Shown here piece after piece: positions 28,091 to 42,540 of a DNA stretch of 64,000 nt (position 1 is its first letter; every line of letters starts with the position of its first letter). A program made the translations under genes and the position numbers. Location: positions 47,182,001 through 47,246,000 of the forward strand of contig NC_042997.1 of NCBI RefSeq assembly GCF_006345805.1. Reading direction: 5' to 3'. This DNA is from Octopus sinensis (Eukaryota). Under the pieces are notes generated by a model, which worked only from the letters and a program-made list of their open reading frames with translations, searched no databases and was not told the DNA's origin.

Positions 28091-28160
28091 GCACACACAC
28101 ACACACACATATATAGAGAGAGATAGATAGATAGATAGATAGATAGATGGATAGATAGAG

Positions 28161-28258
<98 letters not shown>

Positions 28259-28438
28259 GTAGATAGATAGATATACCTGTTATTTTATCTAAATTATTTT
28301 TAATCAACATTAACGAATGTCAATAGAAGCGTTTAAATGTTTGTTCTAAGGGTGCTCTAATTTTATAACAGAAGATATTTTTTAATTAAGAATTCCCATT
28401 GTTAATTAGTGTACACAGTTATCAACTCCATTATCGTA

Positions 28439-28471
<33 letters not shown>

Positions 28472-28700
28472 GTTATTGTTATTATCATCATTATCATTAT
28501 TATTATTATCATTATCATCATCATCATCATCATTATTATTATTATTATTATCATTTTATTTTTATTATTAGTATTAATACTATTATTATTAATACTTTTT
28601 TATCATTATTATTATTATCAACATCATCATCATCATTCTTTTTCTTTTTCCTTTTCTTCTTCTTCTTTTTATTATTATTATTATTACTATTATTATTATA

Positions 28701-28743
<43 letters not shown>

Positions 28744-28745
28744 GT
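28020..28745. repeat. (TA)n, (GATA)n and (ATT)n/(CAT)n microsatellite block
   Basis: Seen directly. Confidence 0.95.
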
Positions 28746-29050
28746 CATATTGATGAATTTCTTCGCATTTTCTTTTAGAAAATATGTATGCGCTTCTCAA
28801 AATAATCGATGTTATGGTTGAAGTTTATTTCATATATTACTGTGTTTTCGATATCTTTCTCTATAATTTAAATGATATTCTGCCGGAGTTGATTATCAGA
28901 TGTACTAGTAGACAGTCATTATATTGTCTTTTACATTTACGCACATCCACACTTGCATCCATACAATTACTAAAGTGCTTACATCCACAATACATTCATA
29001 CTTCTTTCTCAACTCATTGCTTTCTTGGAAGAAATTTAATTACCTATATC

Positions 29051-29084
<34 letters not shown>

Positions 29085-29128
29085 ATATATATTATATATA
29101 CACATATATATATATATTTAATGTTGGC

Positions 29129-29159
<31 letters not shown>

Positions 29160-29661
29160 ATGTATATATATATAAGGTGTACATGTATATATATATATAA
29201 TTGATAAGTAGATGTATGTATGTGTACGTTTGTGTGCATGTTGTTACATTTGTTGGTATGCATATACATATACAATGCGTTTATACATATATGAATGCAC
29301 GGGCGAAAGTGTGCATATATTCACATTGTTTTATAAATTATGATATATTACTGCTGTAGTTTATGTACAACCATAATGTTTTTGGTTCTTTATCAGTCAT
29401 TAATCAATAACTAATAATTAAACAAAAATATATCATTCGGTGCAGGTTATTTTAACACATTGAAGTCTTTTATTTCAATTTCTTTCATTCACAATTTTCT
29501 TCTGTTGCTTTTAATATCTGTGGGATTTTTAATGAATTCTTTCGGTTTCCAGATTTTCTTGTATATTTGTCTTGTATTTATTTTTACTTGTTATGCCAGT
29601 ACTTGATGCAATAAAGACCATACTGTAAATGAGATCTTTTGGACGCTTGTGTCACATGGAT

Positions 29662-29761
29662 TTAGCACCGCGTGCTACTGTCAGCTGCCAATAACTGCTG
29701 TCGACTGTTGCGTTCTTCATACATCGGATTCGAAAACGCAGTGTCCGGTACAGCACTGTTG
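29662..29761 (-). CDS. Candidate terminal coding exon (phase 2) encoding a cytoplasmic-tail-like peptide with FSNPMY
   Basis: Acceptor TTTCTTCCTCTTTCTCTCAATATAG, then C AAC AGT.. giving NSAVPDTAFSNPMYEERNSRQQLLAADSSTRC*. It is a GC-elevated island that I could not match to a repeat. Upstream exons were not identified. Confidence 0.45.
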
Positions 29762-29991
29762 CTATATTGAGAGAAAGAGGAAGAAATGAATTGATTTAAT
29801 TACTAGCATATCATGAACAAACATTAATTAATGTTTTAACAGACATTTAAAAATCATTTTTAATTATAAGTAAAAAGCTAGGAAATTGTGATAAATAAAT
29901 TACTGATTAAAATTATAGTTATAATACTATTGATAAAAGAAAAACAACTAGAACATAAATAATGAGGATAATGATGACGACGACGACGACG

Positions 29992-30037
<46 letters not shown>

Positions 30038-30089
30038 CGACGACGACAAGAAGAATAATGATAACGTGTTAAACAAAAGCAAATGGCCT

Positions 30090-30512
30090 GGAATTTGTTG
30101 GGTGGGGGAGCAAATCGTTTACATCTACTCCTGTATGTGACCAGTGTTAATTTTATCGACCCCAAAATAATGAAATAAGTACACGTCATGTACGCCGGGA
30201 TTTGAACTCTGAACGTAAAGCCAGAATAAAAATGCTGAAAATCATTTTAGAATGCGTGCTAACGATTCGTCTAGTTCACCTGATAATAGCGACAATGATA
30301 CATTGTCTTTCCAGGCACAGGACCTGAAAGTTTATAGGAGGTGGCTAGTGAATTACATCAACCCCAGTGCTCAACTGATACTTATTTTATCAACTCCGGA
30401 ATAATAAAAAGCAACATTGACCACAGCGGAATTTGTAATTAGAACGTAAAGATGAACAAACTGCCGCTAAGCATTTTGTCTGGCGTGCTAACGATTCTGC
30501 CAGCTCGCCACC
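30090..30512 (-). mobile_element. Two adjacent degenerate family A SINEs (about 30090-30275 and 30305-30512)
   Basis: TTTTATCGACCCC, GGAATTTG, GCCGCTAAGCATTTTGTCTGGCGTGCTAACGATTCTGCCAGCTCGCC. Confidence 0.75.
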
Positions 30513-30550
30513 TGTATAATAATAATAATGACAATAACAATGTGTGTGTG

Positions 30551-30583
<33 letters not shown>

Positions 30584-31327
30584 TGTGTGTGTGTGCGTGT
30601 ATCACATGCGACACACATAGTTAAAAAAAAGGGGGAAATATTCAAATTCTGCATCACTGCATGAAAAATGTGACTAAGTCGCCCTTTGTCTTCTGATAAA
30701 TTATGTCTATACGAGAAGGCGCTTCTTTTGTCTTAGCTGCTCCGGTGTTAAAACTTGGTACGATGTCTGGGATCAGCATCCTCGAGGATGGCAGCTAGAC
30801 GCTGATAAATAAAGACAACTTATAAAGAGTATAAGTCATCAGTGCATAGATGTTACCGCAAAGGATCTGACTGTTGATCGAACCGAAACAGAACTCGAGG
30901 TCCACAATTTGTGGACGTATGGACGTTTCGACCACATACTCTATTGTATTGATAGAGTTTTTCTAAAGAAGTGCGTCCGTTGCATAATTCGAATGTAATC
31001 TGCTTATGCGTTGCCGTTGTAGACCAATGTATAGTTTATGCATTGCCTATATATACTTCAAACTAGTTAATTTTAATTTGTCTTGGAAGTGATATGACAA
31101 CTTAACGCTGAGAAGCAGCAGAGTGGCGAAATGCGTATCTGTCGCCCTCGCGTTCACTTATGGTGGGAATTTCTTTTCTCCTTAGTCTAGAGTATATTGT
31201 GTTTTTTTAACACTATACCTCAATAAAGGAATTTTTTCTAGACAGTATCTACAGCTTCTAGCGTTTCACCTGCACAGACGCAGACATACAGACGGACAAA
31301 CAAACAGAAAGCCACACACAAGGTATA

Positions 31328-31370
<43 letters not shown>

Positions 31371-31887
31371 TATATATATATTTATACGCACGCACACACA
31401 TACACGTTTCTATGTACATATATAATCACCCACACGGGCACCCAGACAGACACAGACATATGCACGAACACATACATAATTTAGGTGCAGGTAAACTTAA
31501 TTGCTTTTACGACAGAACCACCAAACTGAGACAAACCTGGAAAATCCTACATATAAAGATACACACTTATATACACCTTGGTAATAAATTGTGAATATAC
31601 GTTAAAATCAATAATATTTTATCTTTGTATAATGAGTCATATAATCAATTAAACTTGATAAAAATACATTTGAAAGACATCAAATATCTATATTGTTATA
31701 CTGTTATTGATATTGAATAAAACTGATCTCACGGCATTGATTTGTACATATAAACTCCATTAGCAATATAGATGAATTTAACTGCTTGTTTGGCAAATCA
31801 CCAGTTACGTTTAACCAAATAAAATTTTGACATTCAACAATTTAAACGTTATCGCCAGACCTCTGCATGATAGCAAGTACGTTGTGT

Positions 31888-31928
<41 letters not shown>

Positions 31929-33479
31929 TGAGTGTGTGAGTGTGTGTATTTGTGTGTGTGAGTGTAAGTATATAATCATTTGCAAGAGGAGTCTATATTC
32001 TCTTTCGAATGCTAATACTTTCTTTAATTTTGTCGAAGCGTAAAGATGCAGAAGCTATATCTGAAAGCTGTTAAATTAAATGTTGAAAGATATTCTTAAA
32101 ATATACGCTTTGCTCTGTATTAAACGGTCCCTGCAGTTCATATGAGAAAGAGAGATAAAGAAAAGTGTGGAAAGAGCAAGGAAGAGTTGAATGAGTTTTG
32201 TGCTTCAGAAGTCGTCCAGACTTGGAAATTATTTTCACAAACACATTCCACATTAAAGCTTTGCATTCAGATTCAGAGAAACCTGGAATTTCAGTCGTAG
32301 TAAATACTTTATACTGGCATACAATGGGTGCAAGCAGTACTGTATAGTTAAGATATTTGACATGCAACCAAGGGATAGCTTACTCTGCAACCTTACACTT
32401 AGCAACTGCGTAGTTTCACTATTATGCAGTTTCGTAGTATCATTTTCCATAGTCTTCACTGGAACAAAAGTTTGTGATTTAAATTTTGGTATACAAAAAT
32501 AGATCTTTGTCTGTGGAACCTACCCCACCTTTCCACAGCTTAACACTACTTTCTGAATTTTGGGTACTTTACCGGCGTCCACGCTGTTTGAAGAATCAGT
32601 CAATCATGTGTGAATAACTTCTTCAACTTACAAATCAAGCTGTGCTAGAACATTATCAATGGGTAGGGATTTCCCTGATTCCCTGATCTGAGTATGCCAT
32701 TAAAGATCAGCTAGACTAAATATGAATCACTCTCAAATTCTAAGAATAACGTTAGAAAGTGGTAGCTATTGTCATATTGCTTTGACGGTTATTCTTACAT
32801 AAATTATGTAATTGATTTAAACGATAAGGTGTGACACTCAGATCGATTAGTCAAGATAGGCCAAATGTCTGCTTAGTGGAAAAAATAGAGAACGAAGTGG
32901 TATATAGTAATGGTAGAATCTATGTATATATACATATCTGCGCGCTCTCTCTCTCTCTCTCTCTCCCTCTCTCTCCCTTAGTTGTAGCTGGAACAAGGAA
33001 GACATGTTCTTGTTTATCTCCTGTCCTAGCTTGATTCACGCGTTCGCCAACACAACCTCGTTTAGGCTTAGCAACCCTTCCTGTTTGTTTTCACTGTCCT
33101 GTCTGTGTTACCTATTTTGACCGACCGCAAAATCCCAAATTTTATATAATTTGCTTTGTAGGAACAAATGTTTTATCGAAAACGTACATTGTTGTTAAAT
33201 GCTCGAAATATGATAGTAGAACAAGAGCCGACAACTGATGAAGGGTCGTTCTTTATGTCGTGTGTTTTGTTTTCCATTTGTGTATTTCGTTGTTCGAAAG
33301 AATAGTCCAAGCTCCATGTACTCGTGCTTCGCACTTTTTTGTTGTACACGTTTCATAACGTCCTGTGCTCACATATGCATATATATACGTATAGATGTAA
33401 GTATGTACATATACGTATGTATATATGCATACACATATATATATCTCATATTATATTACACACGCAATATATATAGGTA

Positions 33480-33520
<41 letters not shown>

Positions 33521-33814
33521 TTATATATATATATATATATATAATAATTTATAACTACACTGCCAGTTTGCGCAAAGTTGATTTTATGCAAAAATGCGAA
33601 AACTTATTTTCGTAAAGTAGGTAATGAGTCGTAAAAGAAGTATTTTCTAAATTGAAGAGTGACGTAATCTTAATACATCAACATTTCCATCATGTTTCTG
33701 TTATGTTCTATCATGTTCAATGATTTTATGGAAAAGTGCGAAAACACACACACACATACACACACATACACACACCCATATATACACTGGCACTCTGTAG
33801 CTTACGACAACGAA

Positions 33815-34105
33815 TTTTCCAGTTGATCCGATCAATGGAACAACTTGCTCGTGAGATTAACGTGCAAATGGCTGAGCCCTCCACAGCCACGTGCATCCTT
33901 TCACATATTTCTCAGAGAAATTCATCGTGACACAGAACGTGTAAAAGCTGGCCCCTTGAAATACAGGTACTACTCACTTTTGCCAGCTGAGTGAATTGGA
34001 GCAACGTGAAATAAAGCGTCTTGCTCAAAGACACAATGCACCGTCGTGAATCGAACTCGTGAACCTACAATCACGAGTTTAGTACCCTAACCACTAAGCC
34101 ACTAA
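33815..34105 (-). mobile_element. tRNA-derived SINE sharing the family C 3' domain
   Basis: Minus-strand head GTGGCTTAGTGGTTAGGG and GAGTTCGATTC B-box. The 3' part CACGTTAATCTCACGAGCAAGTTGTTCCATTGATCGGATCAACTGGAAA matches 42770-42860. Confidence 0.7.
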
Positions 34106-34383
34106 CCATATAAATGTCGGGGTTGATAACATAAAGTACCATTCATTCAGTGGAGTTAATGTTGCACTTACATTCACATCTAAAAACTCTTGGCTTTGTA
34201 CCTAAACTAAGACAGTTATTTATCCAAAATTTAGTAATTACGTAGAATATTATGAGCGTAAGATTATGATTTGGTGACCTGCGCTTCTGTTGCTTTATGA
34301 GGCTTCTGATACTGTGCGAAGATTTGTATTATTAATGTATAAATTTATTCGTTCGTGTATCTATGTGTGTGCCTAAGTGTGTG

Positions 34384-34426
<43 letters not shown>

Positions 34427-36631
34427 TTAAGAGCGGTATGAGAAAAACATTAACATACACGACCATTGTTTCCGACACAGTTTATATACATGCATTATCA
34501 GATCTGTTTTCATTCAAAACTAAATATCCCACTATTTAATCTAGACGTCTATACAATGTAATCATAAAATTTTAGCATATTTACCAGACTGGTTGAAATT
34601 CTGTATCTTCGTTCTGTCCGTTGATCATACTGTAATTACAAAATAAAAGAATTCATAAGTATAAAGTCAATAGGTACATGGTAAAGAACCTTGCACGCGA
34701 CATATGAATATTTCGATATGTTTTAGTGTATAATAAAATATATTATGCGCTTCCATAAATAAATATTAAGATATGCATGACTAGTAATCCAAACTTTAAA
34801 AAAGAAGGAGAAAAAAAAGGAAAGGAATCTACTCTACTTCACAATTCCAAATTACTTCCAAACTAGATGTTCTTGCATGTTTCTGAGATCGTCTGCTGAA
34901 AGTAAAATGACTGAGCGAGGAAGACATGGAGAAAGAAGCAGCAAAACGATTTGTCGGGAAACAGGTCGCATATTCGATAGACGAAAAGTCTGACACTGTA
35001 TTATAAATAAATGTTTAATTGAAGTTGATGGTCTCTGTGCGTTTCTGAATGGCTACCTTGTCATCCACGCTGCAATCACGATATATAAAACATTATCTGA
35101 GAATATCAGGTCCAACAGTTATTTCATATACAATTATGAAAATGTAATGTCTACGACTATCATCGATATACTATATATTTCTCATACAAACTTAAAACAA
35201 AAGCATTTGGGTGTAGATATTCCTGTGTGTGTGTGATTTTTAAGAATAATCATATTCTATTAGAAGTTGTAGGAAAGTAATACAGACGTTTCTAGTTTTA
35301 TCTACACCAATCTTTACCGACAGTATACTGAAATGTATTTAATACTGCATTTTGCCGCATCTGTCACTTCAATTATTCTTATGTGTCATAAAAGGAAACC
35401 GTTCTCAGAAATGGTATGATACTAGATCGAAAATTTAGTTTTTTCATCTTTCATTTTCCCCATTTATATCGTCGTATACCTATGTTAGAAATAATCAATT
35501 ATCTTACTGCTAAACACATTTACTGCATTGAAAGGTCAATATCAAATGAAACCACTAGTGAATTGTTGATATTTGTATCGATGCAATAAAGCGAAGGAAA
35601 CTAAATAGTAACATTATTATAATTTTGATCCTAAAAGGAAAAGCAATTACTTTCAAGGTATTTCGTGAGGTACATTAAATTTTCTTCAAGTTCTCGAAAA
35701 GAAATACCAAGAGAATTATATTCAATTAACTTTATTAAAGAATAAAACGTCAATTATCTGTAAATTCCCTTTATCGGGGAAGACAATGATTTATCTGGAA
35801 GGAAAGGTTCGAATTACAAGATTGTATGTTACGTAGCAGACATCTACTAAGACACAACACAGAAAAACAGCAGTGCACACGTGTATATGTAAACGTTTAC
35901 AGTGATTAATGTGGCAAGCTGGTCTATCGACACCTCTGTGGATGATTCAAACTGATACCAGAAATAGACATAAAAGTGAAGATGATAGAAAAGAAAATGT
36001 TTTAAATAAAAAACACTAAGATGGCAATTCAGCCACCAGATGTCACTTGAAAATAAAAGAGAAAAATTCAGTAGGAATTTAATTACTTTACAGTCAAAAA
36101 GACTTGGAGTCAGAAGACCAGTTAAAATAAATATAGGCATCTCAACTGGATGTTGTTATTGTTATTGTTTCGAAGTGAAACTCAGTGACGAAGAAACTGC
36201 TAAAAATTCCAAAACCAAGGAAGATAAAAGGACATAAAAGAAAGGAGAAAAGAAAGAGTATAAAAACAAAAGGCGACATATTTGCAGATCTGAAAATAGT
36301 CTCATAAGAAAAAAACGAAAAAAAGAAAAATAATCAAGAATGATTGAGTGAGGTTAAGAAAGAGGGGAAGAAAGAAGAAAATATGCAAACAAAATCACAA
36401 AAGAATTACAGAAGATAAATGGATGATGTAGTAGTTTGCTTCAATTACAAAGGAATTGTCTATTTTTATTCCTGCGAAGTAGAAATGAAAATATTGTAGA
36501 TGTAAACTCTATAGTGCGTGCGCGGGCGTGTGAATGTGTATGTCCAGGAATCTATATCATATGTCTATATGTATATCAAATATGTGTGTGTATATATACA
36601 TACGTGCATATATATGTATATATATATAAAT

Positions 36632-36673
<42 letters not shown>

Positions 36674-37193
36674 TATATATTATTTATATACATTCGTATA
36701 TATAGAAAGTTTTATTACACTTGAATGTGCTTTAACGTATGTTCGTAAGTGTAATCTTAACTTCATATATAATGAAAAATAATTTATAAACGTCAGAATT
36801 AAAAAAAGGTTGTTCATTAAACTCATTCGCCAATTTTTGTATTTGCTTGTATTTGAAAATGCGGTATCACATGATATGTTGTCTTTGTTCTCACAACATA
36901 AGAGACACATAATTATCTCAGCCCTTATTCTGTTTGTACTTGGCTTGATTTAGCATTTCCATTAATTGTTTTAAGTTAGATATATCATGCTGTGTGTTCC
37001 ATGTAATTCATGTTCATATAGAATCGATGGATCAATAGGTGGATAGGACTTGCAGCAGCGTTGCCATTTTATTGCCTATATATTTTGCAAGAAGTGAAAG
37101 CGCATATGTAAGCATTGTTTAGGCAGTGTTCAGTGAATCTTTCCTTTGCTGAATAATAATTTCTGTTGGCTTCTATGTAAATCAAGAATACTT

Positions 37194-37242
<49 letters not shown>

Positions 37243-37416
37243 TTATAAAAATTTATAATTGGAAATTCTATACTGAAGAGAGAAGTAAGTAAAATTGAAA
37301 TCACTTTAATCTCGAAACGCGTATATAGTTAACCCTGGTCGTGTTAATTCATTGTTTTCCTCTTTGCCTTCATAAAAAGTTATGTTTACCATCATGGAGA
37401 TTCTTATGGTAGCAGA

Positions 37417-37480
37417 AAAGGAATTTTTAACTATTTTCTAAATTCGGTATGTGGTGAAGCAATTCGCTGAACCCTAATTA

Positions 37481-37526
<46 letters not shown>

Positions 37527-37586
37527 TAATTAGGGTTCAGCGAATTGCTTCACCACATACCGAATTTAGAAAATAGTTAAAAATTC

Positions 37587-37590
<4 letters not shown>
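37417..37590. repeat. Perfect 174-bp palindrome centred on (TA)n
   Basis: AAAGGAATTTTTAAC..ACCCTAATTATAAT(TA)n is followed by its exact reverse complement, ending AAAATTCCTTT. Confidence 0.95.
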
Positions 37591-37642
<52 letters not shown>

Positions 37643-37645
<3 letters not shown>

Positions 37646-38347
37646 CGCAGGAGTAGCTGTGTAGCAAGAAGCTTGCTTCCCAACCACATGGTTACGGGTT
37701 CAGTCTCAAAATTGTAGTTCATTGGGCAAGTGTCTTCTACTATAGCCTCGGGCCAACCAAAACCTAGTGGTTTGGTAAAATGGACCGATAGGCTTACAAA
37801 GAATAAGCTTTATGGCCGCAGTCAAACGACTGAAACAAGTAAAAGAATAAAATAATAAATATGAGTACTATACTAATGAGCATTGTACTTCAGTTTTTCA
37901 TTGGGTCAATAATTTATTAAGGGTAAAGTATTTTCTCTCCTAAAAGCACAAATTATTGTGTGAATAAGAAGTCCCCTTCACAACCACGAGGTTTGGATTT
38001 AATCCCACTACACGACACATTAGGCTAGAATCTTCTACTATAGCCTCGGGCCGACCAAAGCCTTGTGAGTGGATTTGGTAGACGGAAACTGAAAGAATCC
38101 CGTCGAATATATATATATATATATATGTATGTATGTGTATATATATGTGTGTTTGTGTGTCTGTGTTTGTCTCTCTATTATCACTTGGCAACCGATGCTG
38201 GTGTGTTTATGTCTCCTTAGCTTAACGGTTCGGCAAAAGTGACCGATAGAATAAGTTCTAGGCTTACAAACAATATAGCCTGTGATCGATATGTCTGACT
38301 AAAGGCAGTGCTTTAGCATAGCTGCAGTCAAATGACTGAAACGCATA
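37643..38347 (+). mobile_element. Two family B SINEs (37643-37855 internally deleted; about 37955-38347 with decayed head)
   Basis: AGGCGCAGGAGTAGCTGTGT head, CTTCTACTATAGCCTCGGGCC core twice, and GCAGTCAAA.GACTGAAAC tails. Confidence 0.8.
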
Positions 38348-39469
38348 AACAATGTATATATAAATACACACACACACATATATATATGGGGGTGTTTGAA
38401 TACGTGTGTGTACCTTTGTGTATATGTTTGTGCCAACAGCCAAATCTCCACCGGTATTGGTTTATTTACAACCCTGTAACCCAGCCATTCATTAGAAGAC
38501 ACTACCAATATTAAAATTCAGCCCTGGCGTCGATGTCTTCGACTAATCTCCAATTCCCCAGCATAGTTACAGTCATATGATTGTAAACTTGCGGACTAAT
38601 AAAAGAAAAGGGCATGGTCGATAAATAAACGACAGGTTTTGGTCAGTTAGAATGCTTTTCTCATGGGTAGGCTACTAGGATACCCTGTAGCGTTTCTCTA
38701 CCAAAATTTGGGGTGAAATCTTACGAAATGAAAAATTAAATAGCGTGGCAAAAAGAATGATCAATTCAATTGTCTTAGAGGCTGATTGAAGAATTGCTGT
38801 CGGGGTCAGACAACCTTGATAGGTTGAGCTGATCTGTGTATTGTTTGATGTTTCCGAATAAGGGGACAAACAATGAGTGAACAGAAGAAAGAACAGCAGT
38901 GAAACATATTTCCTGAGATATTTCGATGGATCTGAAGGAGCTAAAATCGAGTTATATTATTTTACGTATTCAAAAAGTGTGGCACTTATCTTTTATGACG
39001 ATGAAGATTGTATTCAACAGTTAAAATATATATATCACCTCTTTTGATTCTATTCTAATATCATTAAACATTTAGTAGCAAAATCTTTTTCGCGCACCTG
39101 TGTACTAAACATATTTCAAAGATTATTCTTTAGAATTACTATATAATTAAATATTATTCAGCAACAGCTGTGTGATTCATTACACTCCACCTGTGGAAGC
39201 ACCCACACATATTTGCGCTGAAAAATATTTAATTATTCTATAGAATAATCGTATACTGTGGTGTAAACTCAGCAACTTAAAGTTGGTGTACGGTACAGAA
39301 ACAAACGTGATCGGCTCGGAAAGTCTGGTATTTTACCTGTCCGTGGTATTTTTATATTAATCGTATGCAATAGTAGACTTCCACATGTTTATCCAGCCTT
39401 GCAAATATCCTGGCGTTGAATGACATGCGGTATGACAGTATACGGTGTACGATGCTTATACCTTAATTA

Positions 39470-39524
<55 letters not shown>

Positions 39525-39957
39525 AGAAGGAAAAATATGTAAAAACGCACAGGTAATTTGTATAATAAAATGTATGCTAATATTTATATCTTAATGAAAC
39601 AAAGAGTTGTATTACAACATTATATAATAAACTGGGAGTACTGGTTTCACGTCTTACGCTTATCAAACTTCCAAAGTCTCAGTTTTAGATGATGGGAACG
39701 CCATTTTTGTTTTTGACAATAACTTTTACAGTCAAAGGATGTAACTCTTCAACTTATCTGAAAATTACAAGTTACTTTCAAAGTATTGTTAGTGTCTTTA
39801 GACTGAATGTATACAGATTTGTGAGATATATACATAAGTTTAGGGGATTATTTACAAATATTTCAAGGATGGAGAGAGGATTTTTGATTGTTATTCTGTT
39901 CTATATATATATATATATTATATATATATATATATATAATATATTATATATATATAT

Positions 39958-40008
<51 letters not shown>

Positions 40009-40957
40009 CGTTAAGATTAACTCAATATCCATATATTTCTTTAATTCGACTGTTTATTAAATCAGTATAACGAAGGAAGAGTGTTGGCAAGGAGCTACGA
40101 CCCAGTTCCTGTGAGGATTAAGTGAAGTTATTCATATACGTTGAAATAAATACACCACCAATAGTTGCTGTTGACGAACAACGGGAGTAATTTTATTCGG
40201 CTGAATACACGTCATTGATTGGTTGAAATTACCGAAATACGACAACTTTAACACGAAATAACTTTGAAAATAGAAACTTTTCTCAACAACACTAAAAGAT
40301 GGTTTATATGACACATTCTACCAGTGTCTGAAATTTGAAAGTGTTTAGTTACAAAAAATTAATTTCTCGATCTGCCGTTGAAAGGGAAAAGGTCTGAGAA
40401 ACCTAATGCGTATGTTGAAGATTTTCAAATCGCTGTTTGCAAGAAAACGTTGACAAAAAGCTAATAATGTATCTATTTGAAATAGAACTCTACTAAGAAT
40501 ATAACAACCGGGCAAATACTAAGTGAACCATTGCGTCTTTGTACTTTGTAGTAGAGTCTACTCTATAGAAAATCTCCTACCTGAATCACAAGTTTTCTAC
40601 CTGAATCTAAGATGAATATTTAAATTTTCAGATAAACCAGGGCATTTCTTTAGAGATGCTCCAAAGTAAAAGTAGGATATTCAAGCACGAATGTTTTTAA
40701 AATGAGAGAAATTTGAGAGGATAAAGTCTAATAACGGAAAACGTATAACATTTTAAATCTAGGTGAACAGGTCATATTGATTCCTAACGTAGATACTCAA
40801 AGATTTGAAGAAAGGGTAAACTCAGTTACACAAACACTCGCATTTCTTATATGGCAGTTAGTGGCAAAATATTCACACATATATACATAAATAAAATTCA
40901 ATAAATGGACTAGGAAACTAAAAATTTACCAAAAGCGTGAATCATTACATACACCAT

Positions 40958-41388
40958 AGGCGTAGGAGTGGCTCTGTGGTAAGTAGCTTGCTTACCAACC
41001 ACATGGTTCTGGGTTCAGTCCCACTGCATGGCACCTTGGGCAAATGTCTTCTACAATTGCCTCGGGCCGACCAAAGTCTTGTGAGTGGATTTGGTAGATG
41101 GAAATTGAAAGACGCCCGTTGTATATATGTACATATATATATATATATATATATAGATGTGTGTGTGTGTGTATACGTTTGTGTGTCTGTGTTTGTCCCT
41201 CTAACTTCGCTTGACAACCGATGCTGGTGTGTTTACGTACCCGTAACTTAGCGGTTCGGTAAAAGAGACCTATAGAATAAATACTAGGCTTATAAAGAAT
41301 AAGTCCTGGGGTCGATTTGCTCGACTAAAGGCGGTGCTCCAGCATGGCCGCAGTCAAATAACTGAAACAAGTAAAAGAGTAAAAGAGT
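40958..41388 (+). mobile_element. Family B SINE, full length
   Basis: AGGCGTAGGAGTGGCTCTGTGGTAAG head, GGGTTCAGTCCC B-box, core, and (AAAAGAGT) tail. Confidence 0.88.
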
Positions 41389-41711
41389 AATACACATATG
41401 CATAGATACTTAGACACACACACATGCACAAATACATACACACAAAACCACACAGACACACACAAAATCGCGCGCACACACAGACACACACACACACGCG
41501 CACTCAAACACACATCTTTCTAATATTGACTGTATACAGTGTAGATCTATCCAAATTAAGTCACATATTATGGGTGAACTCGAGATCAGGGAAAATTACA
41601 TTTGCCCAATAATCCAGGCTCTGGTGTGGAAACAGTGACCATGTTCTTGAAAAAGCGTTTCTTAACGATTCGAGTGTATTAAGGTTGTTTCCCTCTCTGT
41701 ATATATATATA

Positions 41712-42524
41712 CACGCGAGGAAGTACCCAAAAGTAACAAGAAACGTTGTTTGTAGGACAAGCCCGTTGTAGATCGGGCTTCCGCCGCGAGGAGCTACTTG
41801 ATACGACCATCAAGCATCAGTCTGCCGATCGGCATCGTCGTGCATGATCGTACTGCGTTCTTCCATGAAATTCTGCTGGGGGAAAACGGCGGCAGAAACA
41901 GATGTCAAGCTTCAAAAAACTTACAAAGACGCTGCCATGAGCAAAACACAAGTTTACGGGTGGTTTTCACGCTTTAGGAATGATCACTTGTCGCTTGAAG
42001 CCCAACCTCAGGACGACCGTCGACATCTTGAACGAATGAAAGCATCACAAAAATTTATGAACTACTTTTGGAGGACCATCACTGAACAATTGATGAACTT
42101 ATTGATGTGTGTGATGTGTTCTGGTGCCCCTGCTAGAGAATTTTGAGCAAGGAATTGCGAATGAAAAGAGATGTTGCAAAATCCGTGTCTGGGTTGCTCA
42201 CGGAAGTTCACCAGCAGTCACGACTGGCCGTGTGTCATGAACTGCAAGAACAGCTGGAAGTTCATCCGGACCTATTTTCGAAAGTCATCGCTGGTGCCTA
42301 AAGCTAGTGCTACCGAATTTTTTTAATGTGGAAGTGGTGAAGTGAAAACGACGGAGGCGTTAAAAAGCATTACATCGCAAGAATTCCAGGACTGCTTCGA
42401 AGAGTGTAAAATGCGTCTGGACCAATACATTGCTTCAAATGGAGAATAAAAGTGTAAATATGTAGAACTAACTGGATAAAACAATACTGCAAAATTCCAG
42501 TTTTTTTTTCGGTACCCTCTTGTG
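41712..42524 (+). mobile_element. Mariner-family transposon, internally deleted and defective
   Basis: HTH MKFC.GKTAAET..KLQKTYKDAAMSKTQVYGWFSRF, then a decayed FSKVIAGA (VITGDE-like) segment joined to the C-terminal LKSITSQEFQDCFEECK. Imperfect TIRs flanked by TA. Confidence 0.85.
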
Positions 42525-42540
42525 TATATATATATATAAA

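Noticed and set aside
30810-30845. Minus-strand CTGATGA plus CTTAT/ATAAG stem
   Set aside because: Followed by TTGTC rather than GAAA, so not a hammerhead.
33235-33300. CTGATGA as an HHR core
   Set aside because: No stem II closing onto a GAAA and no stem I partner.
32384-34895. Acceptor/donor-bounded segments 32458-32384 and about 34890-34850 as upstream exons of the NPxY gene
   Set aside because: Splice signals are plausible, but the phases do not join into one model and the peptides are unrecognisable.
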